DNA of 33,295 bases from an uncultured Streptomycetaceae bacterium (lineage in GTDB: Bacteria; Pseudomonadota; Gammaproteobacteria; Burkholderiales; SG8-41), in assembly GCA_964365845.1 (NCBI GenBank), contig CAYIRZ010000003.1:1-33295 (forward strand). The letters run 5' to 3'. Every line of letters begins with the position of its first letter. The stretch's first letter is position 1. A program made the translations under genes and the position numbers. The notes beneath the pieces were generated by a model. It worked only from the letters and a program-made list of their open reading frames with translations. It had not been told where the DNA came from and searched no databases. Positions 7,898-17,700 of this stretch are shown here, in pieces.

Positions 7898-8695
7898 ATG
7901 AAGTTCGGTCAAACTCCTCGGGAAACGCGAAGCATTCCCGGCAAGGTCTATCTGGTGGGGGCGGGACCGGGGGCGCCGGATCTCATCACGCTGCGCGCTG
8001 CGGAAATACTCAAGCGCGCCGACGTGGTGTTTCACGATGCCCTGGTGCACCCGGACACCTTGCTGCTCGCGCAGAACGCGGAAAAAATCGCGGTCGGCAA
8101 ACGCTGCGGCAAACATTCGACGGCACAACGCTTCATTAACAAGCGCCTGGTGGACGCCGCGCGCAAGTTCAATACCGTGGTGCGCCTCAAGGGCGGCGAC
8201 CCGATGCTGTTCGGCCGTGCTCAGGAAGAAATCGCCGCGCTTCGGGCCGCCGGCATTGACTACGAAGTCATTCCGGGCGTGACTGCAGCGCTCGCGGCAA
8301 GCGCCGATTTGGGTGTTTCTCTCACTCAGCGTGGCATTGCCCGCAGCGTGACGTTCGTGACGGCGCGTGTCGGGGCCGGCGAGGCGGCGAACAACTGGGC
8401 GGCAAGCGTTGCCCAGGCCGACACTGCCGTGATCTATATGGGAGTGGGGCAGGCGGCTGAGATCGCCGCGGCACTGTTGGCCGCCGGTGTGCCTGCCGCT
8501 ACGCCGGCCGTTATCGTGGAAAACGCCTCCTTGCCTCAGGAGCGCCGTTTTGCGCTTACTTTGTCCGAACTGCCGCAGGCTGCCGGGCTTGCACTCAGCG
8601 GCCCGGCTTTGATCATGCTCGGTGAAGTCTTCGCCGCGGCACGGGAAATTGCTGCCATCGCGGGCGCGTCCCCGGCGCTGGCCGCCGCATCATGA
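7898..8695 (+). CDS. cobA: Uroporphyrinogen-III C-methyltransferase (SUMT, siroheme branch)
   Basis: Track ORF 7826..8695; likely start ATG 7898 (MKFGQTPRETRSIPGKVYLVGAGPGAPDLITLRAAEILKRADVVFHDAL). Carries the GAGPGDPxLxT-type methylase motif. Fits a siroheme supply role for cysI. Confidence 0.85.
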   Translation: MKFGQTPRETRSIPGKVYLVGAGPGAPDLITLRAAEILKRADVVFHDALVHPDTLLLAQNAEKIAVGKRCGKHSTAQRFINKRLVDAARKFNTVVRLKGGDPMLFGRAQEEIAALRAAGIDYEVIPGVTAALAASADLGVSLTQRGIARSVTFVTARVGAGEAANNWAASVAQADTAVIYMGVGQAAEIAAALLAAGVPAATPAVIVENASLPQERRFALTLSELPQAAGLALSGPALIMLGEVFAAAREIAAIAGASPALAAAS

Positions 8696-8728
8696 GGCTC
8701 AAATTCCTCCGTCGCTGACCGCATTCGC

Positions 8729-8826
8729 CTAGGAGTTTGTCGGACTGGGGTTCGACAAACTCCTAAAATGAAAAGCACTAACGCTACGCGTTCCGGTAAA
8801 CGGGGCCCAGTCTGACAGGCTGCTAG
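8729..8826 (-). repeat. 98-bp CTAG-bounded element, copy B (inverted orientation)
   Basis: The reverse complement aligns end to end with copies A and C with about 5 mismatches. Lies 33 nt after the cobA stop and upstream of ribF. Confidence 0.9.
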
Positions 8827-8876
8827 CCCAGGCACAGTAAAACACGCTACAATTCAAGCTTTTAACTTGGGTTCGT

Positions 8877-9845
8877 ATGCGTATCACACGCAGCATCCCG
8901 GTCGCTGCGGACACCCCCATCGCGCTGACCATCGGCAATTTCGACGGCGTTCATCTCGGTCACCAGGCCATGCTGGCGAGGTTGCGCGAAGCCGCCGCGC
9001 GCCATGGCGTTCCGTCGTGCGTGATGACGTTCGAGCCGCATCCGCGCGAATTCTTTGCACCTGACCAGGCGCCGACCCGGTTGACGTCGCTGCGTGAGAA
9101 GCTCGAACTGATTGCAGCGCATGGTATCGAGCGCACAGTCGTATGCCGCTTCAATTACGAATTTGCGCGGCACACAGCCCAGGACTTCATCGAGCGCACC
9201 CTGGTCAAGGGACTGGGCGTGCGCTGGCTGCAGGTAGGCGATGATTTCCGCTTCGGCGCGCGGCGGGCGGGCGATTTCGTGATGCTGAAGCAGGCGGCAT
9301 CCCGTTTCGGTTTCGAAGTCGAAGCCCTGGCCAGCGTTACGCTCGACGGCGAGCGCGTCTCGAGCAGCGCGGTGCGTAATGCGTTGGCGGCAGGCAATCT
9401 CGGTTATGCCGACCGGCTGCTCGGCCGGCCGTACAGCATCAGCGGGCGCGTGGTACGGGGCGATGGCGTAGGACGGAAACTCGGTTTTCCGACGGCGAAC
9501 ATGCAGATGAAGCACAATCGTCCGCCGTTGAACGGAATTTTTGTCGTCGAGCTGGCCGGCGTTGCCGAACACCCGCTGCGCGGCGTGGCGAGCCTGGGCA
9601 TACGCCCGACGGTCAAGCCGCAGGGGCCGCCGGTGCTGGAAGTGCATGTGTTCGATTTCGACGGCGATTTGTACGGCAGACATGTGCGCGTCGATTTTCT
9701 GCACAAGCTGCGCGACGAGGAAAAATACGCCGATCTGGTAACGCTCACGCGCCAGATCGCGCTCGATGTCGAGAACGCAAAAGCGTTTTTTAGCCGCCAA
9801 GACACCAAGGAAAAGCTCAATGGAACCGCCGATAAACGCCGATGA
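8877..9845 (+). CDS. ribF: Bifunctional riboflavin kinase / FMN adenylyltransferase
   Basis: 322 aa with IALTIGNFDGVHLGHQAML (FAD synthetase motif) and a C-terminal riboflavin kinase domain (GFPTANM...). Conserved ribF-ileS-lspA-ispH order. Confidence 0.92.
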   Translation: MRITRSIPVAADTPIALTIGNFDGVHLGHQAMLARLREAAARHGVPSCVMTFEPHPREFFAPDQAPTRLTSLREKLELIAAHGIERTVVCRFNYEFARHTAQDFIERTLVKGLGVRWLQVGDDFRFGARRAGDFVMLKQAASRFGFEVEALASVTLDGERVSSSAVRNALAAGNLGYADRLLGRPYSISGRVVRGDGVGRKLGFPTANMQMKHNRPPLNGIFVVELAGVAEHPLRGVASLGIRPTVKPQGPPVLEVHVFDFDGDLYGRHVRVDFLHKLRDEEKYADLVTLTRQIALDVENAKAFFSRQDTKEKLNGTADKRR

Positions 9846-10040
9846 ACGCGGATGAGAACAACTGCAAAAAACCTGGCCACAGAGAATTCTTTTCAACACC
9901 CCCTTGATGGGTATACGGAGTTCACAGAGCAAAACCGATGCAAGAGCCCGGTCTCGTCCCCGTCTTTTCTCTGTGATCTCTGTGGCTATCTGCTTTTGAT
10001 GTTATCGGCGTCTATCTGCGTTCATCTGCGTTCATCTGCG
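9828..10040. repeat. Composite repeat mosaic: 10-bp GATGAACGCN units (9831-9860; inverted 10011-10040) flanking a CACAGAG-TIR element
   Basis: The left arm gataaacgcc/gatgaacgcg/gatgagaaca is phased exactly at 10 bp. The right arm tctatctgcg/ttcatctgcg/ttcatctgcg is its inverted counterpart. cgccgataa (9828-9836) is complementary to ttatcggcg (10002-10010). The ribF stop TGA (9843-9845) lies inside the left arm. Confidence 0.7.
9876..9986. repeat. CACAGAG-TIR element, copy 1 (111 bp)
   Basis: Ends gccacagagaa... and ...tcttttctctgtgatctctgtggc are inverted. The termini are shared with the element at 27819-27952, but the interior is unrelated. Confidence 0.65.
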
Positions 10041-10060
10041 GTTTCGAAGGTTTATTGCTC

Positions 10061-12913
10061 ATGGCTGATTACAAGAAAACACTGAATCTTCCCGATACGC
10101 CGTTCCCGATGCGCGGCGATCTCGCCAAGCGCGAGCCGCTGATGCTGAAGAACTGGCAGGAGCGCAAGTTCTACCAGCGTATCCGCACGGCTGGCCGCGG
10201 GCGGCCGAAATTCGTCCTGCACGACGGCCCGCCCTATGCCAACGGCGACATCCACATCGGCCATGCCGTCAACAAGATCCTCAAGGACATGATCGTCAAG
10301 AGCAAGACGCTGTCGGGTTTCGACGCGCCTTATGTGCCGGGCTGGGACTGCCACGGCCTGCCGATCGAGCATCAGATCGAGAAGCTGCACGGCAAGAACA
10401 TTGTCGCCGACAAGGTGCGGGAACTGTGCCGCGCGTTCGCGGCGGAACAGGTCGAGCGCCAGAAAAAGGATTTTATCCGCCTGGGCGTATTCGGCGACTG
10501 GGAACGGCCGTATCTCACCATGGATTTCAGGACCGAGGCCGACATCATCCGCGCGCTCGGGAAAATCCATGAGCGCGGCTACCTCTATCGGGGCAGCAAG
10601 CCCGTGCACTGGTGCGTGGACTGCGGCTCGGCGCTGGCCGAGGCCGAGGTCGAATACGAAGACCGCACTTCACCGGCGATCGACGTCGCGTTCGCGGTGG
10701 CGGATATGGCACAGCTTGTGCAGGCTGCCGGCGTCAAGCAGTTCGACGGTCCGGCATATGCGGTCATCTGGACCACGACGCCGTGGACGCTACCGGCAAA
10801 CGAGGCGGTCAGCGTGCATCCGGAATTCAATTATGCGCTGGTGAATACCGCCGCAGGGATTCTGATTCTGGCGGAGGAGCTTGTCGAGGTTTGTCTCAAA
10901 CGCTATGGGCTGGAAGTGAAGGGTGTCGTTGCTACCGTCAAGGGTGCTGCTTTAGAACATCTCAAGCTGCGTCATCCGTTCTATGACAAGCAGGTGCCCA
11001 TCATCATCGGCGATCATGTGACGCTCGACGCCGGCACCGGGCTGGTGCACACCGCGCCGGCGCATGGTCTCGAAGACTATGTGGTGGGCGCAAAATACAA
11101 GCTGCCGGTGGAAAATCCCGTCGGTGACGACGGCAGGTTCTACGCCAAAACGCCGCTCTTCGGCGGGCTGTCGGTATGGAAGGCGAACGACGCCGTGATC
11201 GAAACGCTGAAAAGCAACGAGCGGCTGCTGCATCACGAGAAACTGCAGCACAGTTATCCGCACTGCTGGCGCCACAAGACGCCGGTCATTTTCCGCGCCA
11301 CCAGCCAGTGGTTCATCGGCATGGACCTCGGAAGGCGGCAGGATGAAGGCGGCAGGATGAATGAAACCTTGCGGGACATCGCGACGAGGGCGGTGGACGC
11401 CACCGCATTCTTTCCGTCGTGGGGTCGCGCCCGGCTCGAGAGCATGATCAAGACCCGCCCCGACTGGTGCGTATCGCGCCAGCGCAACTGGGGCGTGCCG
11501 ATGGCGTTGTTCGTGCATCGCGAAACCGGCGAGTTGCATCCGCGCACGCTCGAATTGATCGAGCAGGTTGCAAAACGCGTCGAGCAGGGCGGCATCGAGG
11601 CGTGGTTCAAACTCGAGGAATCCGAGTTGCTCGGCGCCGATGCCAGGGATTATCGCAAGATACCGGATACGCTCGACGTGTGGTTCGACTCCGGCACCAC
11701 GCATGCCAGCGTCCTGCGCCATCGCGAGGACCTGGGTTTTCCCGCGGATCTTTATCTCGAAGGCTCCGACCAGCACCGCGGCTGGTTCCAGTCGTCGCTC
11801 CTGACCGCGTGCGCGATCGACAGCCGCGCGCCGTACGACGGATTGCTTACCCACGGCTTCGTTGTGGATGGCCAGGGCCACAAGATGAGCAAGTCCAAGG
11901 GTAACGTGATCGCGCCCCAAAAAGTGATGGACGAACTGGGGGCCGATATCCTGCGGCTGTGGGTCGCCATGACCGATTATTCCGGCGAGCTGTCGATTTC
12001 GAAGGAAATCCTCAAGCGCGTGGTCGAGTCGTATCGCCGCATCCGCAACACCCTGCGGTTTCTGCTGGCCAATCTCGCTGATTTCGACGTGACGCGCGAC
12101 AAGCTGCCGGTTGACGAGTGGCTGGAAATCGATCGTTACGCCTGGGTCATGACCCATGACCTGCAGCAGGCGCTGGCACCCTCCGAACTCGGCGTGAGAC
12201 AACCCGGTTCGCCGGGCCATTACGGCAACTACGAGTTTCACCTGATCGCCCAGAAGCTGCAGATGTTCTGCTCCGAGGACCTGGGCGGTTTTTATCTCGA
12301 CATCCTCAAAGACCGACTCTACACCGCACCCGCGGCGTCGCTCGCCCGGCGCTCGGCGCAGAATGCGCTCTATCACATCACGCACAGCCTGACGCGGTTG
12401 ATGGCGCCCATTCTTTCCTTCACCGCGCAGGAGGTATGGGAACTGCTGAACGGCGGTGAAGCGAGCGTGTTCGAACAGACCTGGTACGAATTCGGCCTGC
12501 CGGGTGACGCAAAGGAGTTGAGAACGCGCTGGCAAAAACTGCGCGCGCTGCGCTCCGATGTGCAAAAGCAACTGGAGGAATTGCGCGTGGCGGGCAAGAT
12601 CGGCTCTTCGCTGGCTGGAGAGGTGGCGCTTTTTGCCAACGGCGAGAGCCGGGAGTTCCTCAGGTCATTCGCCGACGACCTCAGGTTCGTGTTCATCACT
12701 TCGCAGGCGCTCCTCGCGGACGCGGTGCCTGCGGACGCCATTGCCACTGCGCTGCCCGAAGTTCGCATCAAGGTCGCGCCAAGCCCGCACGCGAAGTGCG
12801 ATCGTTGCTGGCATTACCGCGAGGATGTCGGACGCAATCCCGGTTATCCGGAACTCTGCGCGCGCTGCGTGTCGAATCTGTATGGGGCGGGCGAACCCCG
12901 CCGCCACGCGTAA
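10061..12913 (+). CDS. ileS: Isoleucine--tRNA ligase
   Basis: [26 protein letters not shown]..., HIGH motif ([14 protein letters not shown]), KMSKS ([10 protein letters not shown]) and a C-terminal Zn-finger cysteine pair (CDRCWHY...CARC). ATG 10061 preferred over the track TTG 10055. Confidence 0.97.
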   Translation: MADYKKTLNLPDTPFPMRGDLAKREPLMLKNWQERKFYQRIRTAGRGRPKFVLHDGPPYANGDIHIGHAVNKILKDMIVKSKTLSGFDAPYVPGWDCHGLPIEHQIEKLHGKNIVADKVRELCRAFAAEQVERQKKDFIRLGVFGDWERPYLTMDFRTEADIIRALGKIHERGYLYRGSKPVHWCVDCGSALAEAEVEYEDRTSPAIDVAFAVADMAQLVQAAGVKQFDGPAYAVIWTTTPWTLPANEAVSVHPEFNYALVNTAAGILILAEELVEVCLKRYGLEVKGVVATVKGAALEHLKLRHPFYDKQVPIIIGDHVTLDAGTGLVHTAPAHGLEDYVVGAKYKLPVENPVGDDGRFYAKTPLFGGLSVWKANDAVIETLKSNERLLHHEKLQHSYPHCWRHKTPVIFRATSQWFIGMDLGRRQDEGGRMNETLRDIATRAVDATAFFPSWGRARLESMIKTRPDWCVSRQRNWGVPMALFVHRETGELHPRTLELIEQVAKRVEQGGIEAWFKLEESELLGADARDYRKIPDTLDVWFDSGTTHASVLRHREDLGFPADLYLEGSDQHRGWFQSSLLTACAIDSRAPYDGLLTHGFVVDGQGHKMSKSKGNVIAPQKVMDELGADILRLWVAMTDYSGELSISKEILKRVVESYRRIRNTLRFLLANLADFDVTRDKLPVDEWLEIDRYAWVMTHDLQQALAPSELGVRQPGSPGHYGNYEFHLIAQKLQMFCSEDLGGFYLDILKDRLYTAPAASLARRSAQNALYHITHSLTRLMAPILSFTAQEVWELLNGGEASVFEQTWYEFGLPGDAKELRTRWQKLRALRSDVQKQLEELRVAGKIGSSLAGEVALFANGESREFLRSFADDLRFVFITSQALLADAVPADAIATALPEVRIKVAPSPHAKCDRCWHYREDVGRNPGYPELCARCVSNLYGAGEPRRHA

Positions 12914-13383
12914 TGGCAAAATGGCTTGCGCTTGCCGGCGGGATCATGCTGGCCGACCAGCTCAGCAAATTCGCCATTCTGCAGAGCTTCACTGTCAACA
13001 AGGTCGTCGAACTCACGTCATTTTTCAACCTGGTGCTGGTCTATAACCGCGGCGCGGCATTCAGCTTCCTGTCCGACGCCTCGGGATGGCAGCGCGGTTT
13101 CTTCATCACCATCGCGCTCGTGGCCTCGGTCTGGATCATCTACCTGCTGCGCCGATACCGGCAGCAGGCGCTGTTCAGCCTGGCCTTGAGCCTGGTGCTG
13201 GCAGGGGCGCTCGGCAACGTCATCGACCGCATTCTGTTCGGCGCGGTCGTCGATTTTCTCGATTTTCACGCCTATGGCTATCACTGGCCGGCGTTCAATG
13301 TTGCCGACTCGGCCATCACCTGCGGCGCGGCATTGCTGATCTGGGACGGGTTCCGGCCGAGCCAGCATCAGAAAAAACAGTAA
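12913..13383 (+). CDS. lspA: Lipoprotein signal peptidase (SPase II)
   Basis: [26 protein letters not shown]... with FNLVLVYNRGAAFSFL and NVIDRILFGAVVDFLDF motifs. The ATG overlaps the ileS stop (TAATG at 12911-12915). Confidence 0.9.
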   Translation: MAKWLALAGGIMLADQLSKFAILQSFTVNKVVELTSFFNLVLVYNRGAAFSFLSDASGWQRGFFITIALVASVWIIYLLRRYRQQALFSLALSLVLAGALGNVIDRILFGAVVDFLDFHAYGYHWPAFNVADSAITCGAALLIWDGFRPSQHQKKQ

Positions 13384-13468
13384 GCGGTAAGCGGTGAGTG
13401 GGTAGTACCCAGGAAACTAGCAATGGTCATAGGTTTTTTCCGCTTATTGCTCACTGCTTATTGCTCAC
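13381..13468. repeat. Short-period repeat tract (taagcgg x2 + tgagtgg ... ccgcttattgctcactgcttattgctcac)
   Basis: A 7-bp tandem unit starts at the lspA stop codon. A partially complementary 11-bp-period tract lies about 45 nt downstream. Same style as the tract at 26558-26630. Confidence 0.4.
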
Positions 13469-13504
13469 GAATTTTTAGTCCCGTGCTCGCTGTATAATCC
13501 TGAC

Positions 13505-14434
13505 ATGCAAGTCTTGTTAGCCAATCCCCGCGGTTTCTGCGCCGGTGTCGACCGCGCCATCGAGATCGTCGAGCGCGCGCTCACGATCCACGGCGCGCCG
13601 ATCTACGTGCGCCACGAAGTCGTGCACAACAAATTCGTGGTGTCCGATCTCAAGGCCAAGGGCGCGATCTTCGTCGAAGAACTCGCCGAGGTGCCGTCCG
13701 GCAACACCGTGATCTTCAGCGCGCACGGCGTGTCGCAGGCGGTGCGGCGCGAGGCCGAAGCCCGCGGCCTCAAGGTATTCGATGCCACTTGCCCGCTGGT
13801 GACCAAGGTGCACGTCGAGGTCGCCAAAATGCGCGAGCAGGGCCGGGAGATCATCATGATCGGCCATAAAGGGCATCCCGAGGTCGAGGGCACGATGGGG
13901 CAGAGCCGGGGCGGCATGTATCTGGTCGAAACCCCCGAAGATGTCGCGCGGATCGAGGTCAAGGACGGGAACAATCTCGCTTTCGTGACGCAAACCACGC
14001 TGTCGGTGGATGATGCGCGGCTCACTATTGATGCTCTGAAAAAGCGCTTTCCCACTATCATCGGGCCGAAGAAAGACGATATCTGCTATGCGACGCAGAA
14101 CCGCCAGGACGCGGTCAAAGCGCTCGCCGGTCAGAGCGACGTGGTGATCGTGGTGGGCTCGCCCAACAGCTCGAACTCCAACCGCCTGCGCGAGGTCGCG
14201 CAGAATCAGGGCGTTGCCGCCTACATGGTCGACAATGCGTCGGAACTCAAGCCCGAGTGGCTGGCGGGAAAAAACCGGATAGGCGTTACTGCCGGCGCAT
14301 CGGCACCCGAAGTGCTGGTGCGGCAGGTGATCGAGAAATTGAAAAGCTTCGGTGCGGAACGCGTCGAGGAAGTCCAGGGCACGCCGGAGAAAGTCGTGTT
14401 CCCTTTGCCGAAGGGGCTGGCGGCGAACAATTGA
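13505..14434 (+). CDS. ispH: 4-hydroxy-3-methylbut-2-enyl diphosphate reductase
   Basis: 309 aa, [26 protein letters not shown]...FSAHGVS...[10 protein letters not shown]...: the LytB/IspH signature with three conserved Cys regions. Confidence 0.95.
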   Translation: MQVLLANPRGFCAGVDRAIEIVERALTIHGAPIYVRHEVVHNKFVVSDLKAKGAIFVEELAEVPSGNTVIFSAHGVSQAVRREAEARGLKVFDATCPLVTKVHVEVAKMREQGREIIMIGHKGHPEVEGTMGQSRGGMYLVETPEDVARIEVKDGNNLAFVTQTTLSVDDARLTIDALKKRFPTIIGPKKDDICYATQNRQDAVKALAGQSDVVIVVGSPNSSNSNRLREVAQNQGVAAYMVDNASELKPEWLAGKNRIGVTAGASAPEVLVRQVIEKLKSFGAERVEEVQGTPEKVVFPLPKGLAANN

Positions 14435-14444
14435 GCGATATCTT

Positions 14445-14690
14445 TTACGGCAGCTTGCTGCGCGGCCTAGGAGGGAAGCGCTCCGCGCGCGCCTGCTCCT
14501 CGGCGCTGCGCCGTTGACGCGCGCGTTCGGATGCGGTTGCGGGCGGTGCTTGCACATGCCGAGGATCGGCCTGGCGAATGTCGCCCGCCTTGCCGCGGGT
14601 TTGGTCGGGCTTGTCCTTGCTTTGTGCATACACCACATTTGGCCCAAACGTCAGAAGCAGCATCGGTAGCAGAAACCGAACGAAGTTCAT
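14445..14690 (-). CDS. Small hypothetical secreted protein (81 aa)
   Basis: AAGGAG lies 7 nt upstream of the ATG. The N-terminus MNFVRFLLPMLLLTFGPNVVYA/QSKD looks like a Sec signal peptide. The remainder is a charged, Pro/Arg-rich low-complexity tail. No family recognised, and it could be spurious in GC-rich DNA. Confidence 0.4.
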   Translation of the reverse strand: MNFVRFLLPMLLLTFGPNVVYAQSKDKPDQTRGKAGDIRQADPRHVQAPPATASERARQRRSAEEQARAERFPPRPRSKLP

Positions 14691-14719
14691 TTTTTCTCCT
14701 TCTCTTATGGTGTTCTTGT

Positions 14720-14759
14720 CATTTTAGGAGTTTGTCGAACCCAAGTCCGACAAACTCCT
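14720..14759 (+). repeat. Solo right-end hairpin copy (E) of the 98-bp element family
   Basis: cattttaggagtttgtcgaacccaagtccgacaaactcct is identical to the right end of copy C. Lies 10 nt downstream of the pilY1 stop (14770-14772). Confidence 0.85.
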
Positions 14760-14769
14760 GGCGTTATCC

Positions 14770-17700
14770 TCACATCAGCTCTCTCCAGGATTTGCGCTTG
14801 GTACCGGATGAGCTGGATGATAGCGGCACCGTTACCGTCACGGTGGAGGCGTCCGATTTCCGGGCCAGGCCCATGACCGCGCCGCTGGGAAGCTTGATCA
14901 ACACCACCCGGCTGGCCAGCGTATCGCCAAGGGATATCGAGGACCAGGAAACCGTTGAGCCGGTCAGGTAACCTCCGGTCTGGTAATCGAGCACGTTGAA
15001 AAAGCTGCTGCCGCCCGGCAGACAAGCATCGGTGCTCGGGATATTGGAGGTAAAGACCAGAGCGCCTAAAGCCAGGGCGGGGTGGGTATTGGCCCGTTCT
15101 CCGGTGGACGGCAGATCGATATACCAGCCTTTTTTGGTCACGAAATCCACGGCGGTTGCGCTGGCGGTGCGGCTGCCGCCGACGTTGACCGTAAACGTCT
15201 GCTGCTGCAGGCTGGTCCGCAGCGGCGTGATGACCGGGCTGGAACCCGCGGGGTTGCTCAAATCGTCCACCAGTCCGTACATGGTCTGGGTCTGGCTGGC
15301 GTGGGCGTTGGCCCCGGCGGCGCCGGAAATGTCCGTATCGCCCAGGTAAAGGCCGGTGCCGACATAGACAAAGCGTTTGTACACTCCGCTGCCGATATTG
15401 ACTCTGGCGAGTTCCGGCTCGGTGGTGACCGGCTGGAAATTGCCAGCGCCGTCCACCAGGGTCGCGAGTTTGGTGACGCTCCACTGGTTGACGTTGGAGA
15501 GATGGGTCAGATCAAAGCGCCACACGTTGCCCTTGAGGTCGCCGCCGTAAACATATTCCACGGTATTGTCGATGTCGCTGCTTTCGACGTAGCCGCTGAT
15601 ATGCGCGAGCCCGCTCGGATCCGTGACGCTGCCGACGCCGGTGCCGAGGGCCTTGATCAGGGCGCCGGTGCGCGCGTTCAGCACGAACAGATAACCCTGG
15701 CCGTCGCCGCCGGAATCGCCGGTATTGGTGCCGTTGTTGTAACCCGACGTCACCAGAACCACCCACCCGCTGGCCTTGGTCTTGACGATGATCGGGCGGC
15801 CGTAACTGTAGCCGACGTTTGCCCTGACCGTGGCACTGGTGGCGCTGTTGGGAAATTCCCACAGCACTTTGCCGGCCACCGCGGCTTCATCGGCAGCGGT
15901 GGTGCTGGTTACGTCCAGCGCGTAATAACCGCGGCCGCCCTTGCCCAGGCCGCCCGCCACGATGGTGCGCCAGTCGGCCGCCGGGTTGCCGGTAATGCCG
16001 TCGGTCTTGCTGAAATCGACGTCGCCCGAAACCGGCGTGCCGTCAACGTAATATTTGTGGGTGAAGCCGTTTTTGCGGCTCAGATTGTTGAGGTTACTTA
16101 TCACCAGATTGGGCACGTAAGCCCATTCTTCGGCGCCGGTCGCCGTGTTGAAAGCGTGCAGCATGCCGTCATTGGCGCCCTGCAAAACGATCCTCGTTCG
16201 GCTGGCATTGGTTGTCTTGAAAGCGCTGTAACCCGTATCGCCATAATTGGCAACGGGCTCCCGTACGACCACCGGTTCGGCATTGATAATATCTCCCAGC
16301 AAGTGGGCCCGGGAGCGGTAGGTTCCTGCAGTTTCTCCGCTTCTGTCGCCGCGCAGGTAAGCTGCCACCGCCGCGCCATCGGAAAGCCCGGGTGGCGTTG
16401 TCGATGAGTTGAGCAGTGTCTGCTGGGCTGTGCTCAGTTTCGTCGTGGTGGTCGCGGTGGTCGGCTGAAACTGAATGCCCTGGCTGGTGCCTGTGGTGCC
16501 GGTGTAGGTGGCGATTTTCCGGCTGGCCGGGGTTCTGAGATCCAACTGAGCCTGGGCCGACGTGGTCCAGATCGGCGCGTTGAGATTGGGTTGGCCTGTG
16601 GCCAGATCAACCGGATAGGCCGATAGATCGCCGGTCCAGGTGCCGGAGTTGTAGCTGGAAGCATAAGACGCGTTGTCTCCGGCGATCACGTTGGCGTTGG
16701 CCACTGCGACCGCCGCGGCACCGGCATCTCTTCCGATAATGTTGTTGATGGAACTTCTTAGGGCGCTGGCAAAGTTTGCAGGGTCGGCCGCGTTAAGAAA
16801 ACCACCGCGGCTGTTGATGGCGGCGTGGGCGAGATCATCGACCTTGGCTGCATTGGAGCCGACCGGGTTGGGCCAGGTGATGGTTTGCGGGGTGCTGGTG
16901 AAGGCAGATTGGATCGCTGCATCCGACACAGTTCCGCTCACGCCAAGACCGACGGTTATGTTCACCAGGTGCTGCCAGAATGCCGGGTCCAGGCTGTTGG
17001 TGCGGACTTTGTTTTCCAGGTCGGGGCGCAAATCCCGATTCCAGTAATACATGGCGACGTCCGCCAGTGTGCTGCTATAGGAATCGCTGTAAGGATTCGC
17101 GGGGCTATACTGATAGGTTGCCGGATTGGGATTGGTATTATGGTTGGTAATGGTGGGCCCGGTGCTGTTGTCGACGTTAGCTCTTGCAGCGGTGGTCCTG
17201 GCGTCATAACTGGTGCCTTCGGTCCAGTAGCCATCGGTCATGAGAATGTTATAGTTTTGCCGGCAGTAGGCCTGAGTTCCTCCACCCACCCCGGGGCTGG
17301 TGCCCCACGGTCCGTTGTTGTCGGTACGCTGGAAATATTGCCCCACATCATCCAATGCTGTCCGTAACGGTGTGCCTGCGGAGGGCATGACGTGTCCGTA
17401 AAGAGTCGCATAAAAACTGGTGCGGCCCGTGGTGTCGAATTTTCTTACCCCGCTGATGACGGTGCCTGGACTTGCGACACCGTCTATCGTTGCGGACCCT
17501 TTGTTGATCGCGGCAAATCCAATTCTCGGTTCATCGCCGACTTCAGCGAAAGCCTGACCGACACCGGCGCGCGACAGGAGGATGCGCGATCGGTAGTAGG
17601 AGTACCAGTTGGCGAAGTTCTGGATTTCTTCGGTATATGTACAAGTGGACCCGGCGCAGTCCGTGCGGTCTGCCCCTTTGGGAAACGGGGCATTCGCGGA

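Noticed and set aside
2236-8826. Inverted copies A and B of the 98-bp element flanking a 6.4-kb segment (rpsT to cobA), as a possible composite or invertible unit
   Set aside because: The enclosed genes are core housekeeping genes in conserved order. There is no recombinase, and other copies are scattered throughout. Inverted orientation of two of many copies is expected by chance.
8862-9932. 356-aa minus-strand ORF opposite ribF
   Set aside because: It is antisense to ribF with no recognisable domain, and it runs into repeat DNA at both ends.
9831-10040. Possible CRISPR array or VNTR, because of regularly spaced short repeats
   Set aside because: The units are 10 bp, directly adjacent with no spacers, only three per arm and in inverted arms. 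There are no cas genes, so this is not CRISPR.
10952-12571. 539-aa minus-strand ORF (also 13517..14647- at 376 aa, 15082..16407+ at 441 aa, 24616..25374+, 31716..32600-, 32646..33257-)
   Set aside because: Each lies opposite a gene with unambiguous homology (ileS, ispH, pilY1, SDR, prpD). They are GC-driven open frames with no motifs.
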